From assembly GCA_003281715.1 (NCBI GenBank), contig QCBE01000004.1:7932-71931 (forward strand): DNA of 64,000 nucleotides, in the 5' to 3' direction. Within the stretch, counting starts at the first letter, position 1; each line of letters opens with the position of its first letter. The notes beneath the pieces were generated by a model that saw only the letters and a program-made list of their open reading frames with translations, had not been told where the DNA came from and did no database searches. Made by a program: the position numbers and the translations under genes. The DNA is from Prochlorococcus sp. AG-347-B23. Lineage in GTDB: Bacteria; Cyanobacteriota; Cyanobacteriia; PCC-6307; Cyanobiaceae. Of this stretch, positions 19,209 through 29,339 are shown piece by piece.

Positions 19209-20738
19209 ATGAAAGATAAGAAATTTGGCAAGCCAAACAAAATGCAGGTCCAAAAGTTACCTACTGGCATAGAGGGCTTTGATGATGTTTGCAGAGGTGG
19301 GTTGCCAGTATCTCGAAGTACGCTGGTTAGTGGGACATCTGGAACCGGTAAAACTGTTTTTTCACTTCAATATTTACATCATGGAATTTTCAACTTTGAT
19401 GAACCAGGGATTTTTGTCACATTTGAAGAGTCACCCTTAGACATAATAAGAAACGCTGCTAGCTTCGGATGGGATTTGCAAGAATTAATTGATCAAAATA
19501 AGTTATTTATTTTGGATGCATCTCCTGATCCTGATGGTCAAGATGTAGCAGGTAACTTTGACTTGTCCGGTCTTATTGAAAGAATTAGTTACGCAATAAG
19601 AAAATATAAAGCTAAAAGAGTTGCAATAGATTCAATAACTGCAGTTTTTCAACAATATGATGCCATTTATGTTGTTAGAAGAGAAATTTTTAGACTAATA
19701 GCAAGGTTAAAAGAAATAGGAGTAACAACTGTTATGACTACAGAAAGGGTTGATGATTACGGACCTATTGCCAGATATGGAGTAGAGGAATTTGTTTCTG
19801 ATAATGTTGTCTTATTAAGAAATGTTCTAGAGTCAGAAAAAAGAAGAAGAACCTTAGAGGTGTTGAAGTTGAGAGGTACTGTTCATATGAAAGGGGAATA
19901 CCCATTCACTATGGGAATGGATGGCATAAGTGTATTCGCCCTTGGAGCAATGAGATTAACGCAGAGATCCTCAAATATTAGGATTAGTTCTGGCGTTAAA
20001 GATCTCGATGATATGTGTGGTGGTGGATATTTTCAAGATTCCATCATCCTCGCCACAGGAGCCACTGGTACAGGTAAGACAATGCTTGTATCAAAATTTG
20101 TCGAAGATTCTTATAACAACAATGAAAGGGCAATACTTTTTGCATATGAAGAATCTAGGGCTCAATTGCTAAGGAATGCGACTAGCTGGGGAATAGATTT
20201 CGAGAAGATGGAAAGTGATGGGTTATTAAAAATTATTTGTGCATACCCCGAATCAACTGGTCTAGAAGATCATTTGCAAATAATAAAAACGCAAATTAAT
20301 CAATTTAAACCAAAAAGAATGGCAATTGATTCTCTTTCTGCATTAGCCAGAGGTGTTAGTTTGAACGCATTTAGACAGTTTGTGATTGCAGTAACTGGTT
20401 ATACAAAGCAAGAGGAAATAGCAGGATTTTTTACTAATACTGCAGAAGAATTCATGGGAAGCCATTCCATTACTGATTCTCACATTTCAACAATCACGGA
20501 TACTATATTACTGCTCCAATATGTTGAAATAAAGGGAGAGATGGCTAGAGCTTTAAATGTTTTTAAAATGCGAGGATCATGGCACGATAAACGAATAAGA
20601 GAATTCATTATCACTAATAGAGGTCCTGAAATAAAAGATTCTTTTTCTAACTTTGAACAAATATTTAGCGGAGCCCCTCATAGAGTTGTTCCTGACCAAA
20701 ATGTTCAGAATATTTTTAAAGGATTAGAAAATAATTAG
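19209..20738 (+). CDS. kaiC: Circadian clock kinase KaiC
   Basis: Two P-loops (GTSGTGKT, GATGTGKT); DSHISTITD with the Ser-Thr phosphosites. Confidence 0.99.
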   Translation: MKDKKFGKPNKMQVQKLPTGIEGFDDVCRGGLPVSRSTLVSGTSGTGKTVFSLQYLHHGIFNFDEPGIFVTFEESPLDIIRNAASFGWDLQELIDQNKLFILDASPDPDGQDVAGNFDLSGLIERISYAIRKYKAKRVAIDSITAVFQQYDAIYVVRREIFRLIARLKEIGVTTVMTTERVDDYGPIARYGVEEFVSDNVVLLRNVLESEKRRRTLEVLKLRGTVHMKGEYPFTMGMDGISVFALGAMRLTQRSSNIRISSGVKDLDDMCGGGYFQDSIILATGATGTGKTMLVSKFVEDSYNNNERAILFAYEESRAQLLRNATSWGIDFEKMESDGLLKIICAYPESTGLEDHLQIIKTQINQFKPKRMAIDSLSALARGVSLNAFRQFVIAVTGYTKQEEIAGFFTNTAEEFMGSHSITDSHISTITDTILLLQYVEIKGEMARALNVFKMRGSWHDKRIREFIITNRGPEIKDSFSNFEQIFSGAPHRVVPDQNVQNIFKGLENN

Positions 20739-22798
20739 ATGATTTTACTGACTTCAGAATTTGAAAAATTATCTGTATTATTAATACTCTGAGTCAATAA
20801 TTCATCTTTATCAGATTGTGCCAAAGCTAAATCGAACCAGAAGGTTGTTCCAACTCCTACTTCACTAGCCATTCGTATTTCTCCACCGTGTTTTTCAATT
20901 ATTCCTCTTACTATAGACAAACCTAAACCTGTTCCTTGCTCAGTATGAACTGCATTCTCTACTCTATAAAAACGGTCAAAAATCTTCTCTTGATCTGCTT
21001 GGGATATTCCTGAGCCTGTATCAGCAATCTCAATTCTTACTTTTGGTAATGGTGAAACTAACTCACATTGCGGTGCTCCATCATTATTACTTGGAGGAAA
21101 AGCAGGACAGGTATCTGGCCAAGTATAAGCTCTTATAATTAGGTTGCTGTTTTTTGGACTAAATTTCAATCCATTACCTAGCAAGTTATCAAAAACTTGT
21201 AAAAGTAAATCAAAATTTCCAAGAATTGAAGGAATATTCTCTTCTATATCATGAGACAAAGAAACATTTTTTTCTACAGCATTAAGTCTGTAGTTTCTGA
21301 GAGTCTGTTCTATTGCGGGTTTTATATCCATTTCCTCTAGTTGAATGATTTTTCCTGACTCCAATCTTGATAAATCTAATACGTCATTCACAAGTCTTGT
21401 GAGCCTATCAGTCTCTGAATTTGCAATACCAAGAAATTCAAGTTGTTCTTCATTAGAGAGCTGATCTTTTAGGTCATATAGGGTCTCTACATAACTTTTT
21501 ATGTTAAATAGTGGTGTCCTTAATTCATGCGAAACATTACTTATAAATCTGTTTTGTGCTGCATTTAATTCTACCTCTCTTGTTAAATCTTGAATTGTGA
21601 CGGCAATTCCTTTTAATTCAACTTTGTTTGTATCTAGTACTGATTGTAAGACAATTCTTAAAGTTCTAGAGGGTTCTCCTAAGCTAAATCTTAAATCATC
21701 TTTCTCTTTTTCTCTTTTCAAAATTGACTCTATATTTGTATGTAAATCATTAGATAAAATTTCGGGAATCTCATTTAAAAAATATTTTCCTTCTAAGAAT
21801 CTTCCTTCCCATCTAAATAATCTTTTAGCTGTTGGATTAGTAAGTACAATCTTTCCTTGGGAATCCAATAATATTGCACCATCGGCCATAGTGGCGATTA
21901 GTGATTGCTGCTTTATTTGAGCAGCTTTAAGTTCTTCAATGTTTGCCTCATCATAATTTTCTAACTGGGTTGCCATACGGTTAAAACCATTTAAAAGTTC
22001 TCCTAAATCTCCTGTCATAGGTAAAGATATTCTGGACTTAAAGTTTCCTTTTGAAATTTCCCTTACACCTCTTACTAACTCTCTTACAGGTCTAGTAATT
22101 GTAAGTGCATTGAATACAGCTCCAAGAATTACTAAAACCCAAATAGATATGAAAACAGCTATTGTCAGCTCTCTTGTTAGCGCAGCACTGGCTAATGCTT
22201 TTTTATTAGGTGTAACTCCTAATGCTAAAGTTCCAAGATATTTTCCTTTCCAAAGCATTGGCACAAATACATCTGTTACTTGCCCTTGTGGTGTAACATG
22301 CTGTCTTACTAAAGGGAATTGGGGCCTTTTCTTTAATTCTGATGGTAGTTTTAATCTTCTTGTGAGCTGTAATTGACTATCAGAACTTGTTGGAGTGGCA
22401 CTAATCGGTATTCCAAGTTGAACTATGTCTTCAGAATCAGTAAAAAATATATAACGTAGATTTCGACTTGATCTCCAAAACTTTTCAGCTACATTTGAAA
22501 TTTCTTTTTTTTGATTATTAGCAACTAACTCTGTGACATTCCCCGATAATAATAATCCAAGATCACGTGCATATCTAGTATCATTCATCCCTGCATCTCT
22601 TTGAATACTATTTAATGCAAAAAACGTTATCCCTGTCATAAGGAGGCTTACAACAAGAGTTGCAATTGCTAACAATTTTGTTCTTAAACTAAATCTACTC
22701 CACCAAGCAAAAAGTCTAGAAATCCAATAGTTTTTTTTATATTCTTCATTATCGATCTCGTTATATTCTCTACCTTCTAGATTATTAGTATCTACCAT
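20735..22798 (-). CDS. nblS: Sensor histidine kinase NblS/Hik33/DspA
   Basis: Two TMs, MNDTRYARDLGLLL, HAMP, PAS, SNVSHELRTPL, HATPase boxes (GTGLGLSI). Confidence 0.93.
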   Translation of the reverse strand: MVDTNNLEGREYNEIDNEEYKKNYWISRLFAWWSRFSLRTKLLAIATLVVSLLMTGITFFALNSIQRDAGMNDTRYARDLGLLLSGNVTELVANNQKKEISNVAEKFWRSSRNLRYIFFTDSEDIVQLGIPISATPTSSDSQLQLTRRLKLPSELKKRPQFPLVRQHVTPQGQVTDVFVPMLWKGKYLGTLALGVTPNKKALASAALTRELTIAVFISIWVLVILGAVFNALTITRPVRELVRGVREISKGNFKSRISLPMTGDLGELLNGFNRMATQLENYDEANIEELKAAQIKQQSLIATMADGAILLDSQGKIVLTNPTAKRLFRWEGRFLEGKYFLNEIPEILSNDLHTNIESILKREKEKDDLRFSLGEPSRTLRIVLQSVLDTNKVELKGIAVTIQDLTREVELNAAQNRFISNVSHELRTPLFNIKSYVETLYDLKDQLSNEEQLEFLGIANSETDRLTRLVNDVLDLSRLESGKIIQLEEMDIKPAIEQTLRNYRLNAVEKNVSLSHDIEENIPSILGNFDLLLQVFDNLLGNGLKFSPKNSNLIIRAYTWPDTCPAFPPSNNDGAPQCELVSPLPKVRIEIADTGSGISQADQEKIFDRFYRVENAVHTEQGTGLGLSIVRGIIEKHGGEIRMASEVGVGTTFWFDLALAQSDKDELLTQSINNTDNFSNSEVSKII

Positions 22799-22802
22799 AA
22801 GA

Positions 22803-24134
22803 CTAATTCTCCCTAGAAAAGTTTTTCCTCACTTGATGGCCTATATCATTTCTAAAATACATACCATCAAAATTGATTTCTTTAAGATTTTTGTATGCTT
22901 TTTCAAAAACCAAATCAAAATTTTTGTCTTGACAGACAATACTTAAGACTCTTCCTCCATCCGTTAATAATTCACCATTTTTGTTTAAGGAAGTACCTGA
23001 GTCAAAAATTTGACAATTACTTGAATCAATTTTTCCAATTTTTATTGGAAAACCAGTTTTATATTCTTGAGGGTAACCCTGTGAGGTCGCAATTACACAC
23101 CCACTAACTTTATCAGAAGTATCAATTATTTCTTGCCCAGTTAAATTTCCCATAGCACATTTTTCTAGTAGAAATACAAAATTTTTATTCATTAAAGGCA
23201 TTATTGTTTGGCATTCAGGATCACCAAATCTACAATTATATTCTATAACTTTAGGCCCAGATTCTGTGATCATTAATCCAAAATAAATTACGCCTTTATA
23301 ATCTATGTTTTTTTTATTTAATTCATCCATTGTCGGTTCAATTATTTCTTGAATGATTCTATTTAGACAATTTTCTGTTAATAGCGGAGCAGGAGAATAA
23401 GCTCCCATTCCTCCGGTATTAGGACCTTTATCTCTCTCATTTAGACGCTTATGATCTTGCGCGGATGGAAGAAGGATGTACCTCTTCCCATCACAAAGAA
23501 TAAAAACTGAAACTTCGGGACCCTGAATTTTCTCTTCTAGAACCACCACATTCCCTGATTTCCCAAACTTACCATTAAAGATTAATTCTGCTGCCCTTAA
23601 ACACTCATCTTTTGAATCAGGAATAAAAACGCCTTTTCCTGATGCTAGACCATCCACTTTCACTACCAATGGAATCGGTGATGCGTTGATAATTTTTTTT
23701 GCTTCTTCAAGAGAATTGACTTTCCAAAAGTTTGCGGTTGGAATATTTGCGTCTTGCATAAATTCCTTGGCCCAAGACTTACTATATTCCAACTTTGCTC
23801 CATCTTTACCAGGGCCAAATACTTTAAAGTTGTTTTTGCGAAGAAAATCCGCTAATCCATTTGCTAAAGGTATTTCTGGTCCAATAATGATTAAATCTAT
23901 TTTTAAAGTATCAAGCTTTTCAACTAACTCTTTTCTATTGTTAATATCAATTTTTATTCTTGTACATTTATTTATTCTTTCTGATCCAGCATTACCAGGG
24001 ATTAAAAAAACTTTCTGAACTAATTCATTTTTTTGAATGATCCAAGCCAAAGAATTTTCTCTCCCGCCATTTCCTATTATTAGTATATTTTCCAATTTGC
24101 TTGAGTTCTTAGGAATTGTTGATTTAAGATTCAT
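22803..24134 (-). CDS. purD: Phosphoribosylamine--glycine ligase
   Basis: GNGGRE, GLASGKGV, QDHKR, GPNTGGMGAYSP, EYNCRFGDPE. Confidence 0.97.
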   Translation of the reverse strand: MNLKSTIPKNSSKLENILIIGNGGRENSLAWIIQKNELVQKVFLIPGNAGSERINKCTRIKIDINNRKELVEKLDTLKIDLIIIGPEIPLANGLADFLRKNNFKVFGPGKDGAKLEYSKSWAKEFMQDANIPTANFWKVNSLEEAKKIINASPIPLVVKVDGLASGKGVFIPDSKDECLRAAELIFNGKFGKSGNVVVLEEKIQGPEVSVFILCDGKRYILLPSAQDHKRLNERDKGPNTGGMGAYSPAPLLTENCLNRIIQEIIEPTMDELNKKNIDYKGVIYFGLMITESGPKVIEYNCRFGDPECQTIMPLMNKNFVFLLEKCAMGNLTGQEIIDTSDKVSGCVIATSQGYPQEYKTGFPIKIGKIDSSNCQIFDSGTSLNKNGELLTDGGRVLSIVCQDKNFDLVFEKAYKNLKEINFDGMYFRNDIGHQVRKNFSREN

Positions 24135-24272
24135 AAATTTTTTTTTTGAGAGTTATGAGGTTTCCATGAATAAAATCAGTTAAGATAAAATAAACTATTT
24201 ATAAAAGTTGATCTCTAATAAATATGTTAATTATAAATCGTGCTTTTAGTAATCAAATGGGGTTTTAAATTC

Positions 24273-25001
24273 ATGAATAATAAATATGAGTTAATTTATG
24301 AAGGTAAAGCAAAAAAAGTATTTTCTCATGATGATGCAAATAAAGTAATAATTCAATTTAAAGATGATGCTACAGCTTTTAATGCTTTGAAAAAAGCTAA
24401 ATTTGAAGGAAAGGGTAAATTGAATTGCCAAATAAGTACAAAAATTTTTGAACTCCTTTTAAAGAAGGATATCCCAACTCATTTTCTTGAACTTAAAAAT
24501 GAAAATACAATGATTGCACAAAAAATAAAAGTAATCCCATTAGAAATTGTTCTTAGAAATATTGCTTATGGCTCTTTGTGCAAACAAACTACTATTAAAT
24601 CGGGCACTATATTGGCAAAACCATTAATTGATATTTATTTAAAGAATGATGAACTTAATGACCCGCTAATTACAAAAGATAGAATTGAATTAATGAATAT
24701 ATTAAGTTCTAAAGATTTAAATTTAATAATAGATTTAACTCTAAAAATTAATTTAATCCTGAAAAATTTTTTTAAAAATATCCAGCTTCAACTTGTGGAT
24801 TTCAAGTTGGAGTTTGGATATAATTCTAAAGACGATATCCTTCTTGGAGATGAAATAAGCCCTGATAATTGTAGATTGTGGGATCTCAATCAGAAAAATG
24901 ATATAATTGTAAGTCTAGATAAAGACAGATTTAGAAATGATTTAGGTGGTCTAATTGAGGCTTATAGTGAAATTAACCGAAGAATAAATGATTTCAGTTA
25001 A
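24273..25001 (+). CDS. purC: SAICAR synthase
   Basis: YEGKAK, FKDDATAFN, LVDFKLEFG, DEISPDNCRLWD, DKDRFR. Confidence 0.97.
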   Translation: MNNKYELIYEGKAKKVFSHDDANKVIIQFKDDATAFNALKKAKFEGKGKLNCQISTKIFELLLKKDIPTHFLELKNENTMIAQKIKVIPLEIVLRNIAYGSLCKQTTIKSGTILAKPLIDIYLKNDELNDPLITKDRIELMNILSSKDLNLIIDLTLKINLILKNFFKNIQLQLVDFKLEFGYNSKDDILLGDEISPDNCRLWDLNQKNDIIVSLDKDRFRNDLGGLIEAYSEINRRINDFS

Positions 25002-25046
25002 CTTAACTAAATAAATAATGCATCATCTAACTTAATTAAAAATCCT

Positions 25047-27179
25047 ATGCAAAAACAATTTTTAAATTTTAGAAAAGTTTCATCAAATATTACTTGTTTT
25101 TCCTTAATTTTGATATCAAATAATTCAGAACTAGCAGCTAAATATTTGACAAATGACGTTGAGCAATTGAAAACAACATTAGAGATAAATAATATTAAAA
25201 ATGATTTTTTTAAAGAGTTTAATATTAAACAAAACAGAAATTTCTTTATTGCAGAAAATGAAAAAAATAATGATCAAGAAAGAGTTCTTATTTCAGAAAT
25301 AATTATAAAGGGTTGGGAAGATCATCCTGAGGGCAGAAAACTTGAACTGGCTGCATATGACTCTATGAGTATAAAGCCAGGAAGTATTATTGATAATCAA
25401 ATTTTAAATAAAGACCTTAATGCGATATATGCTAGTGGTTGGTTCTCGGGCGTAAAAATAAAGTCTCAAGATGGCCCCTTAGGAGTCAGTTTAATCGTAA
25501 ATGTAGTGCCTAATCCAATTTTGAAGAAAGTTGAACTTAAACCAATCAATTCGGTAATATCTAATGTGGATATAGATGTTATTTTTAATAATTTTTATGG
25601 AACAACTCTTAACTTAAATGAATTACAAAATAAAATAGAAATAATAAAAAAGCGTTATGAAAATGAGGGTTATTCTTTAGCTAGAATAAATGGCCCTGAT
25701 AGAATCTCTGAAAACGGTATAGTGACTTTAAGTGTTTCTGAAGGCATTATATCTGATATTAAGTTTAGATTTCCTGGGGCTGATGGCGAATCTATTGTCA
25801 ATGGAAAACCTAGAAAAGGTAAAACAAAAGACTGGGTAATTAAAAGAGAATTAAAGACGCAACCTGGCACCATTTTCAATAGAAAAATTTTAGAAGCAGA
25901 TATTAAAAGACTATATGCCACATCACTTTTTGATGATGTCCGGGTATCTCTTGGCCCTGACAATTTAAATCCTGGCCAAGTCGTAATTTTTCTTGACTTA
26001 AGTGAGCAAAGAACAGGATCATTAACAGGAGGCCTTGGCTATAGTAATAGCGCAGGTATCTTTGCCTCAATAGGTTTGCAGGAAACGAATGCATTAGGTA
26101 GAGCATGGTCGTCTAATTTCAACCTAAATTTTGGAGAATATTCAACTACTTATAATTTTTCTCTATCGGATCCATGGATAAAAGGAGATAAACATAAAAC
26201 CTCTTTTACAACAAATATCTTTCTGAGTAGAGATTATCCACAAGAATTTAAAAGTGAAAATAATGGGAAGATCTACGCTGTAGATGATAAAAACACTTCA
26301 ACTGCTGACACTTTTTCATCAATAGTATTAGAAAAAACAGGAGGAGGATTTGCTTTTTCAAGGCCTTTGAATGGTGGAGATCCATTTAAGGTCGCAAAAT
26401 GGAGAGTTCTTGCTGGGATGAATTTTAAAAAAGTAAAAATGATAGATAGTAGTGGGAACGAGAAACCTTATGGCGACATGACTCCAACAAAAGGAAATAT
26501 AAGTGACATTATCTGTATTGGTTATACTCCAAATGATGGGTCATGCCCTGCAGAAAATACATTGGTAAGTTTTATAGCAAGCACATCAAGAAATAATTTG
26601 AATAATTCTGTAAACCCAACTTCAGGAAATAAATTAAGCTTTGGTACTGAACAGTTTGTTTCAATGGGTGAAAACTCTCCAACTTTTAATAGGATGAAAG
26701 CTTCATATTCAAACTTTGTACCAATAAAATTAATAAATTTAACAAAAGCATGTCGGAATAGTAATACTACCAACGAGGATTGCCCTCAAGCTATTGGGTT
26801 TCAATTTAAAGTTGGAACTATTATTGGTGAATTACCCCCTTATGAAGCATTTTGCATGGGAGGTACATCATCTGTTAGAGGTTGGGGATCCTGTGATTTA
26901 GCTGTAAGCAAAAGTTTTGTTGAGGGTACAGCGGAATATAGATTTCCTGTTTGGAGAATGATATCAGGAGCCTTATTCGTTGATGCAGGAAGCGATTTAG
27001 GAACTCAAACGGATGTCCCAGGAAAACCAGGGAAATTATTGCAGAAATCAGGTTCTGGTTTTTCGCTTGGCGGGGGAGTTGGAGTAAAAACACCAATTGG
27101 TCCATTAAGGTTAGATGTTGCTAGTAAGGACCTAAGTGGGGATTGGAGATATACACTTGGAGTTGGATGGAAGTTTTAA
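25047..27179 (+). CDS. bamA: Omp85/BamA outer-membrane beta-barrel assembly protein
   Basis: POTRA-like N-terminal region, GG..SVRGW lid motif, TPIGPLRLD, C-terminal Phe; upstream of lpxC. Confidence 0.92.
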   Translation: MQKQFLNFRKVSSNITCFSLILISNNSELAAKYLTNDVEQLKTTLEINNIKNDFFKEFNIKQNRNFFIAENEKNNDQERVLISEIIIKGWEDHPEGRKLELAAYDSMSIKPGSIIDNQILNKDLNAIYASGWFSGVKIKSQDGPLGVSLIVNVVPNPILKKVELKPINSVISNVDIDVIFNNFYGTTLNLNELQNKIEIIKKRYENEGYSLARINGPDRISENGIVTLSVSEGIISDIKFRFPGADGESIVNGKPRKGKTKDWVIKRELKTQPGTIFNRKILEADIKRLYATSLFDDVRVSLGPDNLNPGQVVIFLDLSEQRTGSLTGGLGYSNSAGIFASIGLQETNALGRAWSSNFNLNFGEYSTTYNFSLSDPWIKGDKHKTSFTTNIFLSRDYPQEFKSENNGKIYAVDDKNTSTADTFSSIVLEKTGGGFAFSRPLNGGDPFKVAKWRVLAGMNFKKVKMIDSSGNEKPYGDMTPTKGNISDIICIGYTPNDGSCPAENTLVSFIASTSRNNLNNSVNPTSGNKLSFGTEQFVSMGENSPTFNRMKASYSNFVPIKLINLTKACRNSNTTNEDCPQAIGFQFKVGTIIGELPPYEAFCMGGTSSVRGWGSCDLAVSKSFVEGTAEYRFPVWRMISGALFVDAGSDLGTQTDVPGKPGKLLQKSGSGFSLGGGVGVKTPIGPLRLDVASKDLSGDWRYTLGVGWKF

Positions 27180-28016
27180 GTGTTTTCTTGGCCTACTAAT
27201 TATGATTCTTGCTATACCTTAGGGGGTGTTATCTCCAGAGAAGGTATAGGACTTCATAGTGGAGAAAAAACAAAGGTTAAAATTTCTTCTTATGAAAAAG
27301 AAGGATATTATGTTTCTTTCAGAGATAAACCCAAGGAGATTTTTAAGCTTAGTCAAGATCTAATTGGAAGTTCGATGCTTTGTACGGCAGTTAAGTTAGA
27401 AGGAAGAAATTTATATACTATTGAACATTTATTGTCTTCGATGGCAGGATGTGGGTTGAGTTATATACATATTGAGGTTGATGGTAAAGAGATCCCGCTT
27501 TTAGATGGATCGGCAATTCAGTGGGTTAGAGAGTTTGAAGAAGTAGGGATAAAAAAAACACCTAAACCAGACAATTTTTTTCGAGAGATTAATAAATCAA
27601 TTGTTATCAATAAAGAAGGTTCAGTTATAGCCGCAACGCCTTCTGAAAAAACTACAATTATTTCCACCATAAGTTTTCCCTATAAAGCAATTGGAGTTCA
27701 AAGTTTTGTGATTGATCTTAATCCAAAAAGTTTTGTTGAAATGATTGCACCAGCAAGAACATTTGGTTTTAAGGATCAATTTCAAGAGTTAAGTGAACTT
27801 GGATTAATTAAAGGTGGAAGTTTGGAAAATGCTCTTGTTTGTGATGGTGATAAATGGGTTAATCCACCATTAAGATTTGATAATGAACCAATAAGACATA
27901 AAATTTTAGACCTTATTGGGGACTTGGCTTTGGTAGGGTTACCTAAGGCGCAAATTTTAGTTTATAAAGGATCGCATTCTTTAAATGCTTTATTAGCCTC
28001 ATCATTAAAAAATTAA
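27180..28016 (+). CDS. lpxC: UDP-3-O-acyl-GlcNAc deacetylase
   Basis: [38 protein letters not shown]. Confidence 0.97.
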   Translation: MFSWPTNYDSCYTLGGVISREGIGLHSGEKTKVKISSYEKEGYYVSFRDKPKEIFKLSQDLIGSSMLCTAVKLEGRNLYTIEHLLSSMAGCGLSYIHIEVDGKEIPLLDGSAIQWVREFEEVGIKKTPKPDNFFREINKSIVINKEGSVIAATPSEKTTIISTISFPYKAIGVQSFVIDLNPKSFVEMIAPARTFGFKDQFQELSELGLIKGGSLENALVCDGDKWVNPPLRFDNEPIRHKILDLIGDLALVGLPKAQILVYKGSHSLNALLASSLKN

Positions 28017-28033
28017 TTTTATCTTTAATTGTT

Positions 28034-28492
28034 TTGGAAAAGAAATTATCGAGTAAAAACAATCAACTCTCGGCAGAGTACATACTAGGTTTATTACCTC
28101 ACAGATATCCTTTTGCTCTAGTGGATAAAGTCATAGAGCATGTTCCTGGGAAGAGAGCGGTTGCAATAAAAAATGTAACTTTAAATGAGCCTCAATTTCA
28201 AGGGCATTTTCCTGAAAGACCCTTAATGCCTGGAGTTCTTATTGTTGAATCAATGGCTCAAGTTGGGGGGATAATAGTAACACAAATGCCCGATCTACCA
28301 AAAGGACTTTTTGTCTTTGCTGGAATCAATAATGTTAAATTCAGAAAACCTGTTGTACCGGGAGATCAATTGATAATTTCTTGTGAGTTATTAAGTATTA
28401 AAAGACAAAGATTTGGAAAGGTTAAAGGTGAGGCTCACGTTGATGGGAAGTTGGTTTGTGCTGGAGAATTAATGTTCTCATTAGTCGATTAG
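28034..28492 (+). CDS. fabZ: 3-hydroxyacyl-ACP dehydratase
   Basis: [29 protein letters not shown]. Confidence 0.97.
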   Translation: MEKKLSSKNNQLSAEYILGLLPHRYPFALVDKVIEHVPGKRAVAIKNVTLNEPQFQGHFPERPLMPGVLIVESMAQVGGIIVTQMPDLPKGLFVFAGINNVKFRKPVVPGDQLIISCELLSIKRQRFGKVKGEAHVDGKLVCAGELMFSLVD

Positions 28493-28496
28493 AAAA

Positions 28497-29339
28497 ATGG
28501 AAAATAAAAATACTGAATCAAATTCAAGCTTAAGTGGTATTAAAGTTCACCCAAACGCTTTTGTCGATCCAAAAGCAGAATTGCATGATGGGGTCATTAT
28601 CTCTCAAGGAGCTATTGTCGGACCTAATGCAACTATAGGGAAAGGAACCGAAATAGGACCAAATGCCGTTATTACAGGGAAAACGCAAATTGGAAGTTAC
28701 AACAAAATCTTCCCAAATGTTTTTATAGGACTTGATCCCCAAGATCTTAAATATAAAGGGGCCTCAACTGAAGTAATTATTGGAGATAATAATATTTTTA
28801 GAGAATGCGTAACGATTAATAAGGCAACTGACGAAGGCGAAAAAACCATTATTGGTAATAATAATTTGTTAATGGCTTACACCCATATTGGCCATAATTG
28901 CGAACTTGGTAATGGAATAGTTATATCTAATAGCGTTCAGGTTGCAGGCCATGTAAAGGTTGAAGATAGAGCGATTATAGGGGGTTGTCTAGGTATTCAT
29001 CAATTTGTACAAATTGGATATTTAGCAATGATTGGAGGAATGACGAGAGTAGATAGGGACGTTCCTCCTTTTTGTTTGGCAGAAGGTCATCCAGGAAGAT
29101 TAAGAGGTTTGAATAGGATTGGAATTAAAAGAAGTGGGTTGATGGAAAATAAGGATTTTGATTTAAAACTTTTGCAAAGTACTTGGAATCTACTTTTTAA
29201 ATCTAGTGATGCGATTTCAAATTCATTAGAAAAAGTAATGAAAGGCGAATTAGATATTTCATCTTCAAAATTATGTAGTTTTTTAAAAGGGTCAATATCT
29301 AAAGAAAGACGCGGACCAATGCCTTTCGTAAATTTATGA
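28497..29339 (+). CDS. lpxA: UDP-GlcNAc O-acyltransferase
   Basis: Hexapeptide repeats, PQDLKY, HIGHNC, IHQF, GLNRIG. Confidence 0.97.
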   Translation: MENKNTESNSSLSGIKVHPNAFVDPKAELHDGVIISQGAIVGPNATIGKGTEIGPNAVITGKTQIGSYNKIFPNVFIGLDPQDLKYKGASTEVIIGDNNIFRECVTINKATDEGEKTIIGNNNLLMAYTHIGHNCELGNGIVISNSVQVAGHVKVEDRAIIGGCLGIHQFVQIGYLAMIGGMTRVDRDVPPFCLAEGHPGRLRGLNRIGIKRSGLMENKDFDLKLLQSTWNLLFKSSDAISNSLEKVMKGELDISSSKLCSFLKGSISKERRGPMPFVNL

